From: a virus
Taxonomy: Duplodnaviria; Caudoviricetes
DNA: 64,000 nt
Direction: 5' to 3' (one strand)
IMG/VR virus record: IMGVR_UViG_3300021255_000152
Span: 32,001-96,000 of that record
The notes beneath the pieces are model-generated. The model saw only the letters and a program-made list of their open reading frames with translations, was not told the origin of the DNA and did no database searches. This document shows, piece after piece, positions 38,105 to 46,890 of the stretch. A program made the position numbers and the translations under genes. How positions within the stretch are numbered: the stretch's first letter is position 1; every line of letters begins with the position of its first letter.

Positions 38105-39865
38105 ATGAATAAAGAAATTTTAGACTATAAATATAAAGAAAGAACTCCAACGGAAACAGTACAAATTATAAAGGATTTTTTTGAGAAAAAAGGATTTACT
38201 CTTGACTTAGAACATGAAGGTGCTTCAGAGGCTGGAACATATAGTTGCCATATTAAATTATTTTTTGAGGGTGACTTTATTATGTTTTCTAATGGAAAGG
38301 GTGCTACTCGAGATTTAGCTTTAGCTAGCGGATATGCAGAAATGTATGAACGTTTTTGTAATGGTATGAAATCTTTTACTCAGAAAAATTTCTATCATAA
38401 AGTTAAAGAAGTTTGTGAAAAAACTTTTGGATATAAAATTCATCCTCAAGAAAAACAATTAACTTATGAACAAGCCGTATTAGAAGAAAACAATGTTAAT
38501 AATTATTATTCTGTAGTAAGTAATTACAATGAGAAAATTAAAGAAAGAATTGCCAGAACATTAACAAATGATGAATTTATTGGATTACCTTATAAAAATG
38601 TTTTAACTAATGATATAAAATATATTGACCCACAATTAGTTTTAAGATTTGACAATAGTACAGGTATGTGCGCAGGTAATACTTATGAAGAAGCTTTTAA
38701 TGAGGGATTTTCTGAAATATTAGAACGATATTGCTATATTGATTTATTTGGTTCAGAAGGATTAGAAAAATATCATGTTGTAGATTTAACTAAAATAGAA
38801 AATGAGATATTGCGCGAAAAAGCTGAAAATATTAAAAAAGCGGGATATGATTTTTATTTAGTAGATATGTCTTATGAATATGGATTACCTGTTGTTATGG
38901 GACTTTTGGTCAATACTAGAGATCATTTTTGCAGACTTAATTTTGGTAGTTTTCCTATTTTTGAAGTTGCAGCAATGCGCACAATAACAGAAGCATATCA
39001 AAATGTAGATTCTTTTAAAAAATATGAAGATTTAATTCAAGTTCCAGCAGAGAAAAATTTTAACCTTAGTGCATTTTTAAAAGAAAATGGTACTGGATTA
39101 TCTGCTGCTGCTTTTGCGCCAGCTCATTTTTTCACTAGAATTGAACAAATTGATTCTTATAATAAAAATTTTTATATGGACGTTAATTCTACTCCTAAAG
39201 AAATTTATGAATATTATATGCATTTTATTGCAGAGAATGATTTAAATGTTTGGGTGATTGATAATAGTTTAATGAAAGAAGTATTTTCTTTGCATATATA
39301 TGTAGATAATCTCTCTTATAGTTATCCAATGGATTATTTAGTTGAATATAACGATATTAATTATAGATATCTATTTGATCAAATGGAAATTATGAAGAAA
39401 TATGAATATATGATGTATGATATCTCTCCAAATTTTCAAGATATAGATCATTTTGATGTAGAAATTTTATTAGCAAAAGATATAGGCACAAGTTTAGTTA
39501 CATTATTAATGTATTCTCAAACAATCTATCCTTATTTTATTGATTTTGATCCATTTATAAGAATTGTTTTAGATATGGATGAATTAAATTCTGGTACAAT
39601 AGTACGAAAATATTGTTGGACTTTCCTTTTTCCTTATTGTAAAAGATATTATACAATTAGAAGATATGTAGATTCTAATTATTCTTATGAAGAAATGTTA
39701 CCAATTATGGAAAAATTAGGCATTAAGAATTTTTCTAAAGAGGAATATGAACATGCCGCAGATTTGAATTATTTATTGCGAAAAATTTTAATTGAACCAT
39801 GTTGGAATTATTATCATTCAGATAGATATGAAAAATTTTGCCTAGCATTAATAGAAAAAATATAA
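38105..39865 (+). CDS. ycaO: YcaO-family ATP-dependent peptide backbone-modifying enzyme, 586 aa
   Basis: AAGGAG RBS before ATG 38105. SNGKGAT..LALASGYAEMYER and STGMCAGNTYEEA..EG.SEILER ATP/Mg-binding motifs. No in-frame TGA. Confidence 0.9.
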   Translation: MNKEILDYKYKERTPTETVQIIKDFFEKKGFTLDLEHEGASEAGTYSCHIKLFFEGDFIMFSNGKGATRDLALASGYAEMYERFCNGMKSFTQKNFYHKVKEVCEKTFGYKIHPQEKQLTYEQAVLEENNVNNYYSVVSNYNEKIKERIARTLTNDEFIGLPYKNVLTNDIKYIDPQLVLRFDNSTGMCAGNTYEEAFNEGFSEILERYCYIDLFGSEGLEKYHVVDLTKIENEILREKAENIKKAGYDFYLVDMSYEYGLPVVMGLLVNTRDHFCRLNFGSFPIFEVAAMRTITEAYQNVDSFKKYEDLIQVPAEKNFNLSAFLKENGTGLSAAAFAPAHFFTRIEQIDSYNKNFYMDVNSTPKEIYEYYMHFIAENDLNVWVIDNSLMKEVFSLHIYVDNLSYSYPMDYLVEYNDINYRYLFDQMEIMKKYEYMMYDISPNFQDIDHFDVEILLAKDIGTSLVTLLMYSQTIYPYFIDFDPFIRIVLDMDELNSGTIVRKYCWTFLFPYCKRYYTIRRYVDSNYSYEEMLPIMEKLGIKNFSKEEYEHAADLNYLLRKILIEPCWNYYHSDRYEKFCLALIEKI

Positions 39866-39867
39866 AA

Positions 39868-39929
39868 AAAAGATGGAGAATTAGTCTTTAACCAAATCCC
39901 CTAGGATTGTGACTAATTCTCCATCTTTT
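39868..39929. terminator. Long inverted repeat, probable terminator between convergent ycaO and the radical SAM operon
   Basis: AAAAGATGGAGAATTAGTC (39868-39886) and GACTAATTCTCCATCTTTT (39911-39929), 19 bp perfect. Confidence 0.65.
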
Positions 39930-40129
39930 ATCATGTGTTTTATCCATATCTCATAAGAGAGCGGACGCATTTCATCAAGACGACGTGAATACTCAATTAA
40001 TTCTTCATCAGTAAATTCTTCTAAATACATTAAAATAAGACTTCGTATTTTTACTTCATCTTTTGGAATGCCAAAAAAGTAATTAATTGTTTCTTTTACA
40101 AACTCTTTTTGTTGATGACTAAGGCTCAT
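39881..40129 (-). CDS. Small acidic helical protein, 82 aa (paralogue of 40628-40837)
   Basis: GAGGTG RBS; F..E...YF..I......R...L.Y.....TD...I..S pattern. Confidence 0.65.
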   Translation of the reverse strand: MSLSHQQKEFVKETINYFFGIPKDEVKIRSLILMYLEEFTDEELIEYSRRLDEMRPLSYEIWIKHMIKDGELVTILGDLVKD

Positions 40130-40628
40130 TTTTATTCACCTCTTTTATAAATTTTAATAAAAAATCTTTTCCATTTAAAGCTAAAATTGATAAAAATACA
40201 CAATAGGCACTAGTTCCAGTTATTCCTATATCCTGTTCATTTACATTTGTAGCTCAATGAAGAGTATAATTTGCAGAAAATATATTCGATATACATCATG
40301 GATATTGATACTCTTCATCTACTGCTGCAATAACAATATTATTATTTGCTAATTTTATTCATTTTTTTATATCTACTTTTTCAAAAGCAATTGGAACGCA
40401 AATAATAGAATTTTTTATATTAAAATCAATATTAGCTTCATCCATAAAAGTAATTTTTATATTATTTTTTAAATAAGGATAAAATTCATTTTTAAACAAA
40501 TTTAAAATTATCTCTTTATGAAAATTATCTTTATCTATTAAAATAATTTGTTGATTAAAATTATCTAAGGGGATGAGTTTTTGGAATAATTTATCTGTTG
40601 CTAAAAAAGATTCTGATGTTGTTAGCAT
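40119..40628 (-). CDS. Hypothetical protein, possibly a minimal S8/subtilase-like peptidase, 169 aa under code 4
   Basis: Track ORF 40359-40628 extends through 3 TGA to TAG 40119. Ordered IILID, H, IVIAA...YP and GTSA motifs. Confidence 0.45.
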
Positions 40629-40837
40629 TAGCCGTTAATTTCAATATCACTATTTGTACTTTCAGAAGTCTCTGGTTTAACATTAGAGCCTAAAATATTA
40701 CTAATAGCAATAATTTGATCATCAGTTAAAAGACCTCTATCAATGTATGTTAATGTCATTTGACGAGCATTAGTTTCATCAATTTGCGCAAAATAACACA
40801 AAGATTCAAAAATAAACTGTAAAGCAACTTGACTCAT
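40628..40837 (-). CDS. Small helical protein, 69 aa (paralogue of 39881-40129)
   Basis: GGAGG RBS; TAA/ATG coupling with the next gene. Confidence 0.65.
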   Translation of the reverse strand: MSQVALQFIFESLCYFAQIDETNARQMTLTYIDRGLLTDDQIIAISNILGSNVKPETSESTNSDIEING

Positions 40838-40838
40838 A

Positions 40839-41804
40839 TTATTTTCCCTCCATTATTTGATCGCAGTAAGAACAATGTCAGCATTCTCCTTTGCAATTTC
40901 TTCTATATAAAAGTCATTTTTGAGGATACTTTATTTGTTCCTCTGGATTTAGATAAATACAAGAACCAGAAATACAATCTAATAAATATGTTGGATTAGT
41001 TCTTGTTGCATAATATTTTAAAATTTTAGATATTTTTTCTGTAGGTAAAGTTCTATCTTCTAGCTTGAATCCATTAAAATATTGATTATAATAATCTAAT
41101 TCTTCTGGTAAAATAAATGGTCCTTTTAATCAATTATGAGTAAATTGATCGGTTAAAAGATTAAAAGTTTCTCTTATTTCAAAAGTATCATTTTCTTTTC
41201 AAGAAGAATTATTTGAACAATATGCGTTTTGATGCCAATAATATAATGGACAATTTATCCTACAAATACTATTTACAATTGTTGAATATTTTATTGAAGT
41301 TTGAGATGTTAAAATTTTTAACATATCCTCATTTCTATTTAAGTCTTGTGGCAAACATATTTCTTGAATATACCCAAGCTTTTCTATTTCTTTTATTTTA
41401 TTTAAATCTTTAATACCAGATAAAATACTTAATCGAATTTTTAAATTAGGAAAATTTATGTATATTCAATGTGCTAAAATTGGATCAGCTACGACTACGC
41501 CAAAAAGTCCAAAAGAACATAGTTTTTTTATATTTTGGCGTAAAATTGTAAGATTATAATTAGAATAATCTATCTTTGAAGAATTTAGAACGACCATTGG
41601 TTTAATATCATATTGATTCATTGTTTGACATAGATAAGATATTATTTCATTATATTTTTCAATATTTGGATAATCGTTTTGTCTAGCACTAGGAAATATA
41701 TCTGGATGTAGTGGAAAGTATATTTCAGAAATATATTTAGAGTATTTTTTATATAAATCTAAAACTTTTAAATCTAAATTAAAGGGGACTTGTAATTTTT
41801 TCAT
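40839..41804 (-). CDS. Peptidase U32-family (Fe-S, probable O2-independent hydroxylase-type) protein, 321 aa under code 4
   Basis: VVLNS, GVVVADP, IRLS, DLNRN, IVNSICRINCP..WH, LKGPFILPEEL, FKLEDR, terminal CKGECWHCSYC. 5 TGA read through. Confidence 0.75.
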
Positions 41805-42892
41805 TCTTTAAACTCCATTTTATTACTGGCATGAATAGAAAAAATTATTTTATTATTTATTAGAGTTTCTTCTCTAAGATGCTTTTTTAAAACTTTTAAG
41901 CATCCATCATAGAAAGTTTTATTATAAGCACATTGAGCCAAATCTTTATGATATTCTTTTCCTATAAATCCAGTAAAAGGACACTTTCCTCTACATGTTA
42001 TGACATACTTACAATGCTTACAATCTTCTAATTGTTGCTGACGGGTGTTTCTTAAAATATTGCGAAATTCCGATTGTTCAATTTTTTGTTTAAGATTTTC
42101 TTTATCCGTAAATACATTTGCCATACATGTTTCATCGCTTCAAGGCTTTCCGCATGAATAAACGCCGCCATCTGGATGAATTCCATATCAATGTCCAACG
42201 CAATTTTTTCCTTCACAAAAGAACAATTCTTTTCCTTCAATATAAGAAAGTATTTCATCAAAAGGTCTGTCTAAATCATCTGTTTCTGTAATGCATATAT
42301 AATCAAATAATTCAACCATTCTTTTGGCTAATTCAATATGGTCTTCAATCGTTAATCCAATTCCAAAAGCTGTATTAAAAATTAGATTAAACTCATTATC
42401 TCGCGCAAATTGATAAGATTCAATAATTCTCTTACTATTCTCTGGAGTCATTGTAAAAATAGCATTTACAACAACTCCTTTTTCTTTTCCTCGTTGCATT
42501 AATTCAAAGAAATTTCTTGAACCTCTAGATATATTATTATCAATACCATCCCAAGAACTTCCTATGTTTATTTGCAATTTTTTAAAATAATCTAATCAAG
42601 CATCATTTATTAATGTTCCATTTGATTGAAAAGCTCAATTAATAGGTTTATCGGAAAAATGTTGTGTTACATTTTTAAAATAATCAAGTCCTAAAATTGA
42701 AGGTTCCCCTCCATGTCAAATAATTTCTCAAGACTCATTTGGATCAATAGCAATTATATTTTCAAGTGCTTCAATAGCTTGTTCTTGGGTCATTTCTAAA
42801 GGATGTTCTGCATCTCGATTATTTTTTTCATAACAATAAGTGCATTTTAAATTACATCTATATGTTGGTTTAAATATTACTGTATTTGACAT
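41774..42892 (-). CDS. Radical SAM/SPASM maturase (rSAM-C), about 372 aa under code 4 (ends 41801 if the last TGA is a stop)
   Basis: AGGAGG RBS; KPTYRCNLKCTYC, II-W-HGGEP, QSNGTL, SSWDG; SPASM cysteines C..C / I.PDG.VY.C / CKHC.....C.G.C / C. Confidence 0.9.
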
Positions 42893-44210
42893 AATCTTTT
42901 TGTAGTTCCTCCTTTAAGTATGCTGGCATATATAATTGCTGAATTAAATATTGTTTTAAAGTAGGATTTAATTTAACAAATTCTTTTGGTGTTAAATTTC
43001 CTAATTTATCATAAATATATGGGACAATAGCTTTTCAAAATTTACATTGTGCAGAATATGGCTTTAATCCTTTTGATTCTTTTAAAGAACAATTCAAACA
43101 GCCTTGACCGCAAACAGGAAGATAATCACAGTTTAAACATTGATTTTGTATTTGAGTTTGTTTTAGTTGTTGTAATTTTAAGCTTTTATCTCCATTAAAG
43201 AAATCTTTAATTGAATTAAGCTCATCTATATTGCAAACATGCATTTCTTCAATACTTGTGTCATCACATCTATATAATTCACCATCTGCGTTAATACAAA
43301 TACGATTTGAATATAAGCAATTATCTAAATTGCATATCTCAGCAGAACGATTTAATGCTCGACGTATATAAGCGAGAGCAGATCGTTCTGGAACTCTTGG
43401 ATTATTATCATATATAAAAAATTCTAAATATTTTTTATACTCTTGGATAAATTCATCTATATCTAAGAATTTTTCTAATGGATTATTAGTAGTACCAAAT
43501 ACTGCATTAAAACTAAAAGGAACTCCATTATCAGAAGCCTTTTTAGAATCTGCAATTAAATTTTTAACATTTTGTTTAGTAATTACAGATATTATAAAAT
43601 AAAAATTAGATAATTTTTCTTGAGATAATTCATATCCTCTACATTGCTGCCCACTTCAGTCATAACTGGTTCCAATAGGAACATTATATTTATCTAAAAG
43701 ATATTTTCATTCATCATCTAAAAGAGTTCCATTACTTTGTGCATTAAAAATTAATTTTATATCTTCTTTAATAGCATATTTATACATTTCTAAACAAACA
43801 TCATCAAATCATTGTTTATCTACTGTTAAGAACTCTCCTCCATGTCAAGTTCATTCGATTTTTGAATAACCTTCTTCATTTAATAATCTAAGTAATCTTA
43901 AAATGCGCTCTTTTGATAAAACCATTCTTGGTTTTTGCTGATTTTTTTTATCAAAACAATAAATACAGTTTTGATTACAAAAATTTGTCACTTTACAAAT
44001 AACTTCACAATTATTATAACAATGATGATCGTTTCAATCTCCTTGGAATGTTTTTTCTGAATCCTTTTTTCCCAAAAGAACTTGTAGATATTCGTTTTTT
44101 AATAAAGAGTAATAATTTTGAATTCCTTCTTCTGTAGTTTCATCAATAACTTGATTAAAGTCAATGTTTGGAAGATAATTATCAAAATCTATATAATCAC
44201 TATATTTCAT
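42870..44210 (-). CDS. Radical SAM/SPASM maturase (rSAM-B) with about 70-aa N-terminal extension, 446 aa under code 4
   Basis: GGAGG RBS; KVTNFCNQNCIYC, E-W-T-W-HGGE, QSNGTLL; SPASM C....C / INADGELYRC / CLNC.....CGQGC / C. 7 TGA. Confidence 0.9.
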
Positions 44211-44598
44211 TGAAACCTCCTATATAATGAATAAAATCATTATCTTGTTTATTTTCTTGTGGAGATTTTAAAATATAAATAGTTAATTTATTTTCAATAC
44301 AATATTGAATTATCACATTGATATATTGTAAGGGATAATCTTTAGAAAGGTCAAAGATAACACCACCATTTATAATATCTATATTATTAATTAAATTTTC
44401 AACAGAAGTTTTTGTTATTTTTGTAAAAAGATAATATAAATCAATTCTAGAATCTCAATTATTAGCAATAAATCTTTTTTTAAAAAATTCTGGAATTATT
44501 TTATCTTCAAAAGATAAAGCTATCTTGCATTCTTCTGTTTTGTCGAAAACATGACGAATATTTTTATAAATATCTTTATCATATTGAAAAATTTTCAT
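44200..44598 (-). CDS. Hypothetical protein in the radical SAM operon, 132 aa under code 4
   Basis: ATG 44598 two bases after the upstream stop; one TGA; TAG 44200 overlaps the rSAM-B start region. Confidence 0.6.
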
Positions 44599-44600
44599 AA

Positions 44601-45782
44601 TTAATCTCCTGTTCCTAAATATGTAAGTAAATCTTGAATATCAATAATTTTTTGATTTTCAATAAATTCATCTACTCCTCCACCAGTAGAATAATTTGGG
44701 TTATTTCCTGTTCTTAAATTATAAGCTGTTGATGTTCCTTGGCGCATTTGAAGAATATCTTCCCATGTAATAATGGTAAAATTAGAAACTACTGGACTAT
44801 TTGTAAAAGTAACAGTAGTTTGACCCATTGCAGTGAGAACTTTATTTACTTCTCCTTGTACCTGATCTTCATTTGGTTTAGTATAATAGTCAGTATTTCA
44901 AGTAGGAGCTGTATAGTGATAAATTCTAATTGGAGAAGAGACTGCGGCATAAGTGGTTTCGTATGCGGTTGTATCTTGTCTAACATTACTATAACCAGTA
45001 CCATTATTTGATGCAGTAACTGCATTGGTAGCATGATTTTCAATATGATGATAAGTTCAGCCATTTCCTGAAGGAATAGCACTCCAACTACCATTATCAT
45101 AAACAGTAACACCAATTTTATACCAACCAGCGGTTAATGAAGTAGCTGTTCAAGTATAAGAGGTTGAAGTCTGTTCTGATAATAAGGTCCAATTTCCATA
45201 AGTACCGTTTTGGGTAGCACAATATTGATAATATATACGAAATTTTGTGGCTGTGCTAGTATTATCATCAGAATATATTAATGATGTTAATATAATTTTT
45301 ATAGATTTGCTGTTATAATATCTAGAATTTGCAAATGTTGAACCAGATACTTGAGGTGCTTTATTGGTAGTGTTTGTTGGAGTTCTTCCAGTTTCTACTG
45401 TTGTATTAACTGCTGCAGTGTTGGTGTGATTATTATATCCAGTATTTCTATGGTTACTATATCCACTATTTGTATGGTTATTATATCCGCTTTTAGTATA
45501 TCCACCATTGTTTGTGTGGTCATCATAACCTCTGTCGTTATGATTTGCGTATCATCCATCATTCATAGTTCATCCAGAACTTCTTCTATCGGTATGATCG
45601 TCACTACCGCTATTTCTATGGTTGCTATAATTTCTATGGTTATTATATCCAGTATTTCTATGGTTATTAGCACCAGACTGAGAATAATTATTATAACCTG
45701 ATTGACGATATGCAGAATTTGTATGTCTATAATTTATTCTATATCCATTGGTATGAACCGCTTTTTGATGAGATTTAATCAT
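44601..45782 (-). CDS. Candidate substrate/precursor: N-terminal (S/T)GY-x-N-H-x-N repeats, Ig/FN3-like domain, C-terminal helical domain; 393 aa under code 4
   Basis: GAAAGGAG RBS, ATG 45782, in frame with track ORF 44601-44828. 5 TGA. 11 H-x-(N/D) and 7 Y-x-(N/D)-H motifs in the first about 122 aa. Confidence 0.8.
45417..45756 (-). repeat. Degenerate 24-nt coding tandem repeats (8-aa unit)
   Basis: AACCATAGAAATACTGGATATAATAA occurs twice, with further degenerate copies encoding xGYNNHRN / xGYSNHRN / xGYDDHTN. Confidence 0.8.
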
Positions 45783-46734
45783 TTTCTTTCTCCTTTCTAT
45801 ATCCAAGACAGGCGCAATAAAGTCCCGTTCGAGCATGTCTTGGACAAGATAAGCATTCTTTTTGAGGCGGAGTTTTTCTTAGAGAATCTTCTTCCGCATG
45901 AAGTAAATCTAATATTTCATCAAAAGTTTCAAACTCTGATAAAGCATGTTTGAACTTGTTGCATCCAAAACAACCAATAATATCTAATTCTGGCGTAACA
46001 TCTAAGGCAGAACCATCACAAGCAAAACTTCCAAAAAATGATGGGTCTATCTTCATAGCAAATGCAACGAAATCATCGTCATATGCGCAAATAGGCGGAT
46101 TATTACAATCGCAAGAAAATGTTACATTATATTTGGTTGCCCAAGTCAGCATTTCTTTTAATATAGGTTGAAATTCATGAAAATACTGTTTAAAATTAAA
46201 ATCTTTAGATAATTTCATATTTGGTACAGTAATTGACCATCTAATATCAGAAATATTATATTTTGCAATAATGTCTTCCCAAAAGCTCATATCTTGATGC
46301 GGATCAAAAATATTAATACTAATACGACTTACAGCATTTGGAATGCATAAAGAAAGATAGTCTAAATTACGTTCTATCGTAGGAAGAAATTGCGGATTAT
46401 TGTTAATATTTGGTAAAAATTCAATAAAAATTTCATCACTATATTCCACAATTTTTTGAGCAAATTCAAAAGAAAATGAAAAATTAGAAAAAACTAACAC
46501 GGAAGAAAAACAATCATAAGAAATTATAATATCTAATAAATCAAAAAATTGCGGATGTAATGATGGCTCTCCTCCGATAAGTCTAACATTTTTTTCATTA
46601 TTTTGCTTTAAAAAATCTAAATATATTTTAAAGTTATCTAAATTTATATTTTTTACTGTATTTGTTTTCATTTCTGTTTGCGCGAAGCAATAAGGACAAT
46701 GAAAATTGCAATAAGTATTTATCATTAAGTTCAT
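45775..46734 (-). CDS. Radical SAM enzyme (rSAM-A) with C-terminal twitch/SPASM-like cysteines, 319 aa
   Basis: CNFHCPYC, LIGGEPSLHP, C...LDVTPEL.I.GCF, CLSC....C.C. No in-frame TGA. Confidence 0.9.
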   Translation of the reverse strand: MNLMINTYCNFHCPYCFAQTEMKTNTVKNINLDNFKIYLDFLKQNNEKNVRLIGGEPSLHPQFFDLLDIIISYDCFSSVLVFSNFSFSFEFAQKIVEYSDEIFIEFLPNINNNPQFLPTIERNLDYLSLCIPNAVSRISINIFDPHQDMSFWEDIIAKYNISDIRWSITVPNMKLSKDFNFKQYFHEFQPILKEMLTWATKYNVTFSCDCNNPPICAYDDDFVAFAMKIDPSFFGSFACDGSALDVTPELDIIGCFGCNKFKHALSEFETFDEILDLLHAEEDSLRKTPPQKECLSCPRHARTGLYCACLGYRKEKEND

Positions 46735-46752
46735 AGTCTATACCTCAATATA

Positions 46753-46781
46753 ATTCTATCAAAAAAAAACGCTTCTGTCAA
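46753..46781 (-). promoter_or_regulatory. Sigma-A/70 consensus promoter driving the radical SAM operon
   Basis: TTGACA-17 nt-TAGAAT with TG extension, 18 nt upstream of the rSAM-A ATG. Confidence 0.8.
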
Positions 46782-46890
46782 GACCTATTATGTTTAAAAA
46801 AAGGTCTAAAATAATTAATATTAAACGGCCAATTTATGTTAAAAGCCTTTTTGACTCTTTAAAATACAAGAGAGAGAAAGGAGAAGAAAT

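Noticed and set aside
45417-45756. CRISPR array or non-coding tandem repeat
   Set aside because: Repeats are degenerate, codon-phased and lack unique spacers; they lie in an ORF with an RBS. The plus-strand ORF 45351-45701 is only their antisense shadow.
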